This document shows, piece after piece, positions 1-8,832 of a stretch of DNA of 64,000 bases (position 1 is the first letter of the stretch; each line of letters opens with the position of its first letter). The stretch covers positions 1,088,826 through 1,152,825 of the forward strand of contig CAYOFQ010000001.1 in assembly GCA_964403585.1 (NCBI GenBank). The letters run 5' to 3'. Under the pieces are notes generated by a model, which made no database searches, was not told the DNA's origin, and saw only the letters and a list, made by a program, of their open reading frames with translations. The translations under genes and the position numbers were made by a program. This stretch comes from an uncultured Gammaproteobacteria bacterium. GTDB lineage: Bacteria; Patescibacteriota; Microgenomatia; JALYQM01.

Positions 1-227
1 AGCCGATGCTCGGTCGATAATGTTTCCGGAGCTTTCCAGAAAAGGTTAAGGACACCCAATCGGTATTTTAACTTCCCGAGTGTCCGGTCAGCAAAGTCCA
101 CTTCCTGAGGCATGACAATACCATCAATATCAAGCTGATAGTGTTCTTCCAGCCGGCGCTGACTGACAACCGTAGGCACTTTACGGGCTTGTTCACGTAA
201 GTGATGCAACTGCTCAGTTAAGTTCAT
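1..227 (-). CDS. hypothetical protein, N-terminal fragment; gene runs off the left edge of the window
   Basis: ATG on the minus strand at 227..225 opens a frame (MNLTEQLHHLREQARKVPTVVSQRRLEEHYQLDIDGIV...) that reaches position 1 without a stop. No recognisable motif. Confidence 0.3.
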   Translation of the reverse strand, partial: MNLTEQLHHLREQARKVPTVVSQRRLEEHYQLDIDGIVMPQEVDFADRTLGKLKYRLGVLNLFWKAPETLSTEHR

Positions 228-229
228 AC

Positions 230-1306
230 TTATGCAAAATCACTTACCGTGATGATCCTTTCATTTTCATACGAACCGTATTGTAGACCTACCCACACAA
301 TAACCGCATCACTGGAAATTCGCTCAATTAAATTCTGCACACGATCTGCCCACTCGATCACAAAAATATTCCCTTCGTCAATCTGTTTAATAAAATCCAA
401 ATCCAGTAACTCCTGTTCATCAAATAGCCGCCAGGTATCGATGTGATATAAAATTCCACTTTCAAACGGGTACTCATTTTCAATCGTAAATGTTGGCGAC
501 TGCACCACTTCCTGTACCCCTAAAGCCCGGGCAATTCCTTTTGACAATTGTGTCTTGCCTGCGCCAAGTTCACCCTGTAAAGCAAACACAATGGATTTCG
601 TGCCCAAATAGGATAGGTATTTGTCCATCAGTTCTCTCCCTAATTCCTGCGTTTCTTCAGCCGACTCTGTCTTGCGCTCCAAAACCTCAGTCAATTTTAA
701 ACTCCCCTGTCGTAATACAATCTCCTGGTTTAAGGTAGTGTCAACAACCGTCGAAGGCTCACGTTTCGGTAATTGACCGGCATCAATAATCAGATCGATC
801 ATCGCTTTCTGCTTATCAGATAACCCGTCGAGTAGTTCCTGTATCGAGTACGGACGTTTTTGCATTGAAGCCGGTGCTGCAGTCGTCGCGACCACCGGCT
901 TTCCCAATGCTTTTACCATATCCAAGACCAGAGGATAATCCGGAATACGAATTCCGAGCGTCCCGTTTTCTGCCTCAACACCCGCTGCCACCAAACCCTT
1001 ACTGTGCGAAATGACTGTTAAAGGGCCCGGTAAAAAGTTGGTATACAAATTCTTAGCTATGGCATTGACTTCGACATACTCCCCGGCCATTGTCGCATCA
1101 CATACAGCCACTGAGAGCGGTTTTCCTTCCCGGCGAGCACGATAGAAAAGCAGCTTATTTACTGCCTCCTGATTAGTAGCATCAACTCCCATACCGTAAA
1201 TTGTTTCGGTGGGATATACCACAATTCCGCCTGATTCGAGTACTGTTACAGCTTCCCGCACAACCTCTGCAACCGGAGTGGATTTAAGCTCAATTATTCT
1301 TGACAT
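230..1306 (-). CDS. fusion protein: N-terminal TsaC/YrdC/Sua5 (L-threonylcarbamoyladenylate synthase) domain plus C-terminal TsaE (t6A P-loop ATPase) domain
   Basis: Residues ~1-205 carry YrdC-family hallmarks (YPTETIYGMG, KxRxxxKPLSV, LPGPLTVI, STVVDTT). Residues ~215-358 carry the TsaE/YjeE signature (LQGELGAGKTQLSKGIARALGV...QSPTFTIENEY...HIDTWRL, VIEWADR). Confidence 0.8.
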   Translation of the reverse strand: MSRIIELKSTPVAEVVREAVTVLESGGIVVYPTETIYGMGVDATNQEAVNKLLFYRARREGKPLSVAVCDATMAGEYVEVNAIAKNLYTNFLPGPLTVISHSKGLVAAGVEAENGTLGIRIPDYPLVLDMVKALGKPVVATTAAPASMQKRPYSIQELLDGLSDKQKAMIDLIIDAGQLPKREPSTVVDTTLNQEIVLRQGSLKLTEVLERKTESAEETQELGRELMDKYLSYLGTKSIVFALQGELGAGKTQLSKGIARALGVQEVVQSPTFTIENEYPFESGILYHIDTWRLFDEQELLDLDFIKQIDEGNIFVIEWADRVQNLIERISSDAVIVWVGLQYGSYENERIITVSDFA

Positions 1307-1351
1307 ACAAAAGTTGAGATAATATAATTATTAAGCCATTATATCAAATTA

Positions 1352-1609
1352 TTGGAAAAATGGCAGGATAAAATAAGGTACAATTTTATGGCAATTCCTG
1401 AAGGTCTTCTGTCACTCAGTAGAGACGGTTTTACCCCTGCAGCTTTGGAATACTTAGGGCACAGACTGGTCAATCAGCCCCCATTAGAACAATCTGAACG
1501 GGCATTTGTTGTAGAAGTGTATCGCCGGCTTGCTGAATATGCTCCCAACGAAACCGCTCGGGAACGATTCCTTAGTAATGCAGAGCGGGTTGAACGTGCA
1601 ACTACTTAA
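1352..1609 (+). CDS. hypothetical small protein (85 aa from TTG; 73 aa if it starts at the ATG at 1388)
   Basis: Non-low-complexity ORF on the opposite strand between two minus-strand genes. Weak SD, no recognisable domain. Confidence 0.4.
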   Translation: MEKWQDKIRYNFMAIPEGLLSLSRDGFTPAALEYLGHRLVNQPPLEQSERAFVVEVYRRLAEYAPNETARERFLSNAERVERATT

Positions 1610-2084
1610 TCTCTTTCCGAGCCAAATTCCGGCCCCGACGCTGTAACCAGGCAATTTTTTCCGAAATATCATCTTCCACATGCTGAGCAGCAGCTTCAAC
1701 TTTGTGTACTTCCTGAACAACAGTCTCCTCAACTTTAGTTACTTCATGCTTAACCTCACGAATTACCTTTGCCACACCTTTCGGTTCATCTACCGCGGCT
1801 TCATTGAGTGCCTTAATTTCATCATAGGCACTGATAAGAAGCTGTGAGACTTCCCCCAACCCCTGCGAAGTACCCTTCTGAACATTAGTCTCAACTTTAT
1901 CTAGTACACGCTCCAGAGAGTCAATTAACTCGTCAGTTACGCTTCCCAAATCATCCCGAACCTTCTTACTTTTGGGATGCGTTAAGACAGCCGCACCGAT
2001 ACCACCAACCAACGCGACCAGAGCAGCAACCGGCAACAACACATTTCCCGATGATTTTTGTTTTTCTTTGGAAGACGTAAACAT
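1602..2084 (-). CDS. YtxH-like membrane-anchored protein (general stress protein-like, coiled-coil)
   Basis: N-terminal TM helix (LLPVAALVALVGGIGAAVL) followed by an acidic/Lys-rich helical region, typical of the YtxH/DUF948 neighbourhood. Confidence 0.55.
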   Translation of the reverse strand: MFTSSKEKQKSSGNVLLPVAALVALVGGIGAAVLTHPKSKKVRDDLGSVTDELIDSLERVLDKVETNVQKGTSQGLGEVSQLLISAYDEIKALNEAAVDEPKGVAKVIREVKHEVTKVEETVVQEVHKVEAAAQHVEDDISEKIAWLQRRGRNLARKEIK

Positions 2085-2353
2085 TATTCTTCTCGATGAC
2101 GAAATGACTTATACAACTTGATGCCTTCACGAAGTCCGCCTATAACACTTCCCCATCCTTTTATTTGAGTAAGCGCAAAAACAGGATTTTTCGCCATTTC
2201 GGTTATTTCGGCAGTATTATCAAGTGTTTTTTGGAGTGTTACCAGTGTCTTACGAACTTCCTGTAAAATAAAATACACTTGTATTCCAAGGAAAACTAAC
2301 AGCGTGGTGAGCAGTACAAGTGAAATAACTAAGATAACTTGCAAAATATCCAT
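2084..2353 (-). CDS. DUF948-like small membrane protein
   Basis: 89 aa with an N-terminal TM helix followed by a helical segment. Overlaps the neighbouring gene start/stop by 1 nt, indicating operon coupling. Confidence 0.5.
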   Translation of the reverse strand: MDILQVILVISLVLLTTLLVFLGIQVYFILQEVRKTLVTLQKTLDNTAEITEMAKNPVFALTQIKGWGSVIGGLREGIKLYKSFRHREE

Positions 2354-2404
2354 ATGTATTATTAAACATCACCTCAAGGATAAAATACAAGAGACGAAAG
2401 TACC

Positions 2405-3073
2405 CTATTCTTTTTTAACTACATCGAATCGAACGGTTCTTTTTTCGGTGGTGGATTTACCAACTTCATTCACCGCCACAAAAGTCAAAACATTTACTCC
2501 TTCACTCATTTGTACTGAAGTTTTAAAATAGCCATCCTCAGACAACCCGACATTCTGACCATTCAAAGTAAGGGTACTGTTCGGTGAGGTCTTTCCTTCT
2601 ACATCAATATCCGGTTTCTGTACAACAATCCCGTCTTTGGGCGAGAAAATTTCAAGTTGCGGAGCACCGGCAAATGACTGATATTGTACCCAAATATATG
2701 CAAATAATATTGCTACGGCCGAAACAAAAATTACTGAGAAAAAGACCTGCGGAGTTAACCTGATCCACGGTTCCCGAACCGGCCGAAGCGTAGACTTTGG
2801 CGTGATCTTCCCATCCTTTGACTCATCAAATTCACGACGGAAAAAAGCCATCACATCTTTTTCAGCCAATCCCAAATACTCGGCATAAATCTTCAAAAAA
2901 CCTTTAATATACGTCGAAGCAGGGAGGTTACTATAGTTACCATCCTCCAGATCACGCAAATAACTCTTGCGAATCTTGGTAGCCTCTTCTGCCTGTTCAA
3001 AGCTGATATTCTTCTTTTCTCGCTGCTCGCGCAAAATCTGTCCTAAAGTCTTCATATTCATGGGGATATACAA
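2405..3073 (-). CDS. rodZ: RodZ-like cytoskeleton-associated protein (XRE-type HTH, TM segment, C-terminal domain)
   Basis: HTH region (LGQILREQREKKNISFEQAEEATKIRKSYLRDLE), a single TM segment (FFSVIFVSAVAILFAYIWV), then an extracytoplasmic domain. Confidence 0.65.
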   Translation of the reverse strand: MYIPMNMKTLGQILREQREKKNISFEQAEEATKIRKSYLRDLEDGNYSNLPASTYIKGFLKIYAEYLGLAEKDVMAFFRREFDESKDGKITPKSTLRPVREPWIRLTPQVFFSVIFVSAVAILFAYIWVQYQSFAGAPQLEIFSPKDGIVVQKPDIDVEGKTSPNSTLTLNGQNVGLSEDGYFKTSVQMSEGVNVLTFVAVNEVGKSTTEKRTVRFDVVKKE

Positions 3074-3288
3074 TTAGTCACATTATAACGTAAAAGAAAA
3101 AATTATTCGACTACGGTATGCTATCTATAGTTCGAAACTTATTCGCTTTTATGAAGTCGAACTTCCGCCCTGGGAAGTGGTTATGGCTATTCAAAGTCCG
3201 TGTACATGTAAAACAATAAGGAAGTATCAACTGGAGCATGTTCGACGAGACAAAACGAGGAGCAAGCAAAGCGCTATAAGTGAGCTAG

Positions 3289-5481
3289 CTACACTTCCCT
3301 TCTCAAAATCTCCCGCGCTTTCGAACCATTAGCCGGACCAACCACCCCCGCGGCTTCCAACTGATCCAACAAACGCGCGGCTCGGGCATAGCCAACCTTC
3401 ATTTTTCGTTGCAGGAAAGAGGCCGAAGCATTACCTGAATCAATAACAATCCGCATTGCTTCATCAAACTGCGGATCCTGATCATCATCAGCTCCAACTG
3501 CGCCACCACCACCACGCCCGGAACTAATCGGCTGAGTGATAACTTCCTCGGTATAAACAGGAGCAACACCTGAAGCCTTAATAAAGTTGACTAAGGCATT
3601 AATTTCTTCATCACGCACAAAAGGTGACTGAATACGTGTCGGTTTTGCGGCATCCGAGGCCAAATATAACATGTCTCCCCTACCAAGGAGTTTTTCTGCT
3701 CCCGGAGTATCTAAAATAACACGGGAATCAACCATTGAAGATACATTGAAGGCCATACGTGAAGGGATATTCGCTTTAATCAGACCCGTCAAAACGTCAA
3801 CCGAAGGACGTTGCGTGGCAATAATTAAGTGAATTCCTACTGCACGTGCCATCTGAGCTAAACGACAAATTGCTTCTTCAACTTCCGACGGAGCAAACAT
3901 CATCAGGTCCGCCAACTCATCAATAATAATTACAATATACGGAACAGCCTGAAAACCGCTCATTTCATTATAACTGGAGATATTACGTGCACCTACTTCC
4001 GAGAAAACCTGATACCGTCGCTGCATTTCGTTAACAGCCCATTTCAAAGCCGAAACAATTTTATCTGCGTCGTGAATAACCGGAGTTAATAAATGCGGCA
4101 AATTATTATACGCGGTCATTTCAACCCGTTTCGGGTCAACAAGAATCAGTTTTACTTCATCCGGGGTAGCCCGGAATAAAATTGACACGATGATGTCATT
4201 AAGCATGACAGATTTACCGGAGTTGGTCGTACCGGCTACTAACAAGTGCGGCATACGGGTGATATCGGCAATCAGCGGACGACAGGCAGCATCAAACCCG
4301 AGTGGAACCAACAACTTGGATTTATGATTGCGCACATCTTCGTTGCCAAGAATCGAACGAATTGGCACAATCTCCAATGTCCGGTTTGGAATTTCGATAC
4401 CAACAAGTGCTTTACCGGGGATAGGTGCCTCAATACGAACCTCTCCCGTGTGTGCCGCTAAAGCCATTGCCAGGTCCGACTGGAGGGACGTAATTTTTGC
4501 GATTTTAGTTCCTTGGGCTAGATCCAAAGCATACCGGGTAACTGCCGGTCCCTGATCAATTTCAACAACTTTAGCAATAATACCAAAGCTTTCCAAAGTC
4601 TTTTCGATAATATTGGAATTATTTTTAACATCTCCACGATCTGCAGGCTTACCGGGAGCATTAGAGAAAAGCGATAACGGCGGATAATTCCAAACCTGGC
4701 CTGATAACGATGGATTGACCACCGGATTGGAACCAAGCGAGTCATCACTCACTGCTTTTTTAGGTGGTGTGACCGGCTCATCATCCTCGTCCTCTTTTTC
4801 TACTTTCTTTTTATCTTTCTTTGCAAAGATTTTTAAGCCTTCACGCAAACCACCGGATGTTGCCGGAGTTGCTGCTGCCGCAGAAAGCGTACTCACCGTA
4901 TTGCGTGAGATTTCTACAGCCGGTTTGGAAGGAATAAACCTACTCAGAATGAGGCTAAAGAATCCGCCTATACCGGCAAAAATCTTTTCGAAAAATAAAT
5001 CCAGGGAAGTATCAAACAGTACCGCGAGTCCAATAACTAAAACGAGGACCAATATAATACTGGCAACCGGCATCGGCAAAAATTCATTTAAGCTTCCCCA
5101 CACCCGTGTTCCAACCACACCTGAATACTCTAGTGAAAACGGCGAAACCAGTGCCAGTAGGGACAGCACGGAAAGTGGTACACCGACCAGAATATGGGGT
5201 TGTCCTAATTTGAATTTAAATCCTTGTGCAAACATTCCCAAACTAATCAGTACTAACGGCAGGAAAAACATTCCTAAACCAAAGTTGAGGAACAATGTTT
5301 CACGAAGAGATAAGAATAAGTCACTCTTTAAGACCAATGAAACCAGGATAAGTATTGCACCGATGTACGACAGAATCGCAAAGGCAGAACGTAATACAGC
5401 GGGGTTCACTCCTCCTCCACCTTTACGGGAACGTTTCGGCGAAGACGCTTTTTTGGCAGGTTTTTTGGCAGGTTTGGACAT
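3289..5481 (-). CDS. ftsK: DNA translocase FtsK/SpoIIIE
   Basis: Multi-TM N-terminus, Walker A motif GTTNSGKS, and a C-terminal gamma winged-helix domain (MRIVIDSGNASASFLQRKMKVGYARAARLLDQLE). Confidence 0.95.
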   Translation of the reverse strand: MSKPAKKPAKKASSPKRSRKGGGGVNPAVLRSAFAILSYIGAILILVSLVLKSDLFLSLRETLFLNFGLGMFFLPLVLISLGMFAQGFKFKLGQPHILVGVPLSVLSLLALVSPFSLEYSGVVGTRVWGSLNEFLPMPVASIILVLVLVIGLAVLFDTSLDLFFEKIFAGIGGFFSLILSRFIPSKPAVEISRNTVSTLSAAAATPATSGGLREGLKIFAKKDKKKVEKEDEDDEPVTPPKKAVSDDSLGSNPVVNPSLSGQVWNYPPLSLFSNAPGKPADRGDVKNNSNIIEKTLESFGIIAKVVEIDQGPAVTRYALDLAQGTKIAKITSLQSDLAMALAAHTGEVRIEAPIPGKALVGIEIPNRTLEIVPIRSILGNEDVRNHKSKLLVPLGFDAACRPLIADITRMPHLLVAGTTNSGKSVMLNDIIVSILFRATPDEVKLILVDPKRVEMTAYNNLPHLLTPVIHDADKIVSALKWAVNEMQRRYQVFSEVGARNISSYNEMSGFQAVPYIVIIIDELADLMMFAPSEVEEAICRLAQMARAVGIHLIIATQRPSVDVLTGLIKANIPSRMAFNVSSMVDSRVILDTPGAEKLLGRGDMLYLASDAAKPTRIQSPFVRDEEINALVNFIKASGVAPVYTEEVITQPISSGRGGGGAVGADDDQDPQFDEAMRIVIDSGNASASFLQRKMKVGYARAARLLDQLEAAGVVGPANGSKAREILRREV

Positions 5482-5523
5482 GTGAAGTCACTATAGCAAC
5501 TTTTCAGTGATTTGTCACTAGAG

Positions 5524-7683
5524 TTAAACTTCAAATACTACCGGCAAGACCATCGGTTTACGTTTGATCTCTTTAAAGATAAATTTACCAACACGATCCT
5601 CGATCTTTTTGCGCAGTAACGTCCAGTCCATCGGTTTGCCTTTTTGTTCTTCCAAAATATCTTCTACCAAACGAGTGATGTCTTCAATCAGCTGAGTTGA
5701 TTCCTTCATATATACAAATCCACGGGAGACAATCTCGACTCCGCTCTCGGTATGTCCGGTCGTATGATCCACTGGAACAATTACCACTAACATACCTTCT
5801 TCAGCCATAACCTGGCGATCACGGATAACAATTTCCGAAAGGTCACCCACTCCCAAACCATCAACCATAACATCCTTGGATTCAAAGTGCCCGGCAATTG
5901 CCGGTACAGCAACTCCGTCTTTGACTGTAAACGAAACAATGTCTCGCTCCTTCGGCAACAAGACAGAATCCTGCTTAAAACCCATATTCATAGCAATCTC
6001 ACGATATTTCTTGGTACTGCGTGAAGTACCACCGATCGGCATAAGATACGTTGGGCGAACAAGACCAATCATTAACTTCAATTCTTCCTGAGCGGCATGT
6101 CCTGAAACATGCAAACCACTGAAGATATTCGAGTAGTAAACTTCGGCACCGTGTTCGGTTAACGCATCAATCAGTCGATTAGTCTGGTTCTCATTTCCCG
6201 GGATCGGATCGGTTGAAAATACCACGGCATCTCCGGGACGCAGATAAATCTGTTTATGCTCATCTCGCGAAATTCTTCCCAATGCCGATTCCATCTGCCC
6301 TTGCGAACCTGCCACAATCAACAGTAATTGGTGATCCTCATATTTTCCGATATCATCCAGTTCCACAAACATATCGTCGGAATAGGTTAAGTACCCCAAG
6401 TTTCTGGCGACACCAATATTCTGGTCCATAGAACGGCCTGATACGGCAACTTTCCGGTTGTATTTAGCTGCAATATTCATAGCTAACTGAATACGGGAAA
6501 TATTCGAGCTGGTTGTAGTGATGATAACTTTTCCGGTGGTCTTTGCGGTAACAACATCAAACTGGCCTTCAACTATTGTTTCCGATAACGTGTATCCCGG
6601 TTTTTCAGCGCCTAAACTGTCTGACAGTAGCAATAACACTCCTTCGGCTCCATACTGCGCAATACGCTGCACATCGGTGGGCAACCCAATAACCGGAGTC
6701 CAGTCAAATTTAAAGTCGGCACTATGAATAATACGGCCAACCGGTGTATCCATAACAAAACCAAGAGTATCGGGAATCGAGTGACTCAATCTGAAGAACT
6801 GAAACTTAAATACGCCAAATTCATACGAAGCGTCAGGGTTAATTTCTACAATCTGCTCGACCGGCTGATTATGCTCAGTTAGCTTGGTTTTTATGAATCC
6901 GCTGGTAATATGGGAAGCATAAATTGGACACTTTAATTCTGGCCAGATCAGCGGCAAAGCGCCAATATGATCATCATGACCGTGGGTAATTAAAATAGCC
7001 CGGATTTTATTTTTCTTATCATTCAAATAGGAAATGTCGGGAATCAGATAGTCAACCCCCGGCATGTCTTCATCAGCAAAACCCATACCGCAGTCAATAA
7101 TTACAATGTCCTGCTCAGTCTCATATACATACATGTTTTTCTGCACATCATTAATCCCGCCAATTGGCAAAATCCGCAGTGAAGCTCCCTCAACTAAGGA
7201 AGGATCCCGCTTAACGAGTGGAACTTTATCGCCATACCATAATCCGGCTAACTGCTGATTATTAATGGTTGTAGGACGAATCGGTGCCTGCCCCATCTGA
7301 CGTCGGGACGGTGAACGTCCACCACCTGCCGAACGAAAATTAGGTCTATCCCCCCGATCCTGTCGATCGTAGCGGCCTCGTCCCGAACGACCGCGATTCC
7401 GGTCTCCGCGATCATCCCTGTTTCCCCGATCAGTACGATCTCCCCGCTCTTTCCGGGCACCTTCGGTAGCCGGCTGATCTTTTGGAGCAAATTGTTTTCG
7501 GGCGTCTTTTTCCTGTCGGCGCTGGAAAGGAGTTTTACTTTTCTGAGCAATATTCTCTTTGAGTTCCCCCAATGCTTTCTGCACCGAATCACCCGCCGGA
7601 TTATACCGGTTTCGTTGCGGAACTAAGGCCGAAAAATCGGTTATTCCGTCTTTTTTATCATTTTGATTATTTTCGTTTGACAT
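5524..7683 (-). CDS. rnj: ribonuclease J (beta-CASP metallo-beta-lactamase RNase) with a ~165-aa Arg/Gly/Asp-rich N-terminal extension
   Basis: HxHxDH motif (ITHGHDDHIG) and a beta-CASP core. The N-terminus is a disordered repeat region (RGDRTDRGNRDDRGDRNRGRSGRGRYDRQDRGDR). Confidence 0.9.
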   Translation of the reverse strand: MSNENNQNDKKDGITDFSALVPQRNRYNPAGDSVQKALGELKENIAQKSKTPFQRRQEKDARKQFAPKDQPATEGARKERGDRTDRGNRDDRGDRNRGRSGRGRYDRQDRGDRPNFRSAGGGRSPSRRQMGQAPIRPTTINNQQLAGLWYGDKVPLVKRDPSLVEGASLRILPIGGINDVQKNMYVYETEQDIVIIDCGMGFADEDMPGVDYLIPDISYLNDKKNKIRAILITHGHDDHIGALPLIWPELKCPIYASHITSGFIKTKLTEHNQPVEQIVEINPDASYEFGVFKFQFFRLSHSIPDTLGFVMDTPVGRIIHSADFKFDWTPVIGLPTDVQRIAQYGAEGVLLLLSDSLGAEKPGYTLSETIVEGQFDVVTAKTTGKVIITTTSSNISRIQLAMNIAAKYNRKVAVSGRSMDQNIGVARNLGYLTYSDDMFVELDDIGKYEDHQLLLIVAGSQGQMESALGRISRDEHKQIYLRPGDAVVFSTDPIPGNENQTNRLIDALTEHGAEVYYSNIFSGLHVSGHAAQEELKLMIGLVRPTYLMPIGGTSRSTKKYREIAMNMGFKQDSVLLPKERDIVSFTVKDGVAVPAIAGHFESKDVMVDGLGVGDLSEIVIRDRQVMAEEGMLVVIVPVDHTTGHTESGVEIVSRGFVYMKESTQLIEDITRLVEDILEEQKGKPMDWTLLRKKIEDRVGKFIFKEIKRKPMVLPVVFEV

Positions 7684-7700
7684 ATCTGTTACTTTCTAAC

Positions 7701-8777
7701 CTACCATGTAGGTAAAAATTCCTTTACATTTTCTTGCGTTACATGAACCTGTTGAGCTTTCCCCTCAACTATCATGCGCGCTACTTTCCGGCACATTCCT
7801 CGAATCGTACGTTCCAGAGTACGAATACCCGAGTCAAAACCAAGTGGTCTAACAACTTGAGGCCAGACGGTGGGATCAATAATAATCGCATTGGGCGGCA
7901 ATCCCGATTCCTGCAATGCACGAGGGAAAACGTATGTTGATGCAATCGTAATTTTCTCCTCATCGGTGTATGAAGGCATTTGAATAACCTCCAAACGGTC
8001 GAGAACCGCGGTCGAAATATTAGTGGTATTGTTTCCCGTTGCGATAAACAAACACCCGGATAAATCTACCGGATAATCAACATAGTGATCTCTAAACGCC
8101 ACGTTCTGCGAAGGATCCAAAAGCTCAAGTAAAACACCCATTACACTGGCTCGAGCTTCATCGGAGACACGGTCAATTTCGTCCAACAACATCACAGGAT
8201 TCCGTGTTCCGGCCGACATGAGTGCTTTAATTACTGCACCAGGCTCAGCATCCGCAAAAGCACGGGATTGTCCACGTAGTGTTAAAGCATCACCCATTCC
8301 GCCAAACGGAATACGGGCAACTTTGCGATTCATCGCGTCAGCCACGGCATACGCAAAAGATGTTTTTCCTGTTCCGGCCAACCCGACCAGCATAATAACG
8401 GGAGCTCGGAATGAATCGTCCTGCCCCAATTGTTGCACCCGATATTGATGCAATTGCAGCACCGCTAAATACTCCAGAACACGTTCCTTCACCGGCTCAA
8501 GGCCATACTGATGTTTGTCCAGAGCCTGCCGGGCAATCGTCGGATCCAAAACATCTTCCGAAGAGGTATTCCAGGGAATCGCGAGAATATTATCAATATA
8601 GCGGGAGGTATTTTCATACTCTATTGAGTAGGTACCAAACTTCGCCATACGGGCAATACGCTCGATCATTCCAAGGCATTTTTCTTTAATGCCCTCAGGG
8701 ATAACAGCATTTTCTATCCGCTCGCGTAATACGTCGGTCTGCTGTTGCAGGATATCTATGTTTTGTCCGTCAGCCAT
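7701..8777 (-). CDS. Lon-related AAA+ ATPase with no peptidase S16 domain
   Basis: Lon-like Walker A (VGLAGTGKTS), Walker B (LLDEIDRV) and the Lon sensor region (RDHYVDYPVDLSGCLFIATGNN...LDRLEVIQMPSYTDEEK). The ORF ends before any Ser-Lys protease domain, and the next gene (RNase J) starts 18 nt downstream. Confidence 0.75.
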   Translation of the reverse strand: MADGQNIDILQQQTDVLRERIENAVIPEGIKEKCLGMIERIARMAKFGTYSIEYENTSRYIDNILAIPWNTSSEDVLDPTIARQALDKHQYGLEPVKERVLEYLAVLQLHQYRVQQLGQDDSFRAPVIMLVGLAGTGKTSFAYAVADAMNRKVARIPFGGMGDALTLRGQSRAFADAEPGAVIKALMSAGTRNPVMLLDEIDRVSDEARASVMGVLLELLDPSQNVAFRDHYVDYPVDLSGCLFIATGNNTTNISTAVLDRLEVIQMPSYTDEEKITIASTYVFPRALQESGLPPNAIIIDPTVWPQVVRPLGFDSGIRTLERTIRGMCRKVARMIVEGKAQQVHVTQENVKEFLPTW

Positions 8778-8832
8778 AGCAGGAAAAATAATTGACTACT
8801 ATCTCCATTTAATCATAAACGGAGAAACTAAT

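Noticed and set aside
3074-3288. Possible tRNA or ncRNA in the 215-nt rodZ-ftsK intergenic region
   Set aside because: A GTTCGA/TCGAAC hairpin is present but there is no cloverleaf, no acceptor stem plus CCA context and no T-loop GTTCRANYC consensus. It is more likely an ftsK terminator or rodZ promoter region.
4715-5485. 256-aa plus-strand ORF antisense to ftsK
   Set aside because: Low-complexity Ser/Thr-rich translation that lies entirely inside the strongly supported ftsK coding region. It is an antisense artefact of a long GC-biased gene.
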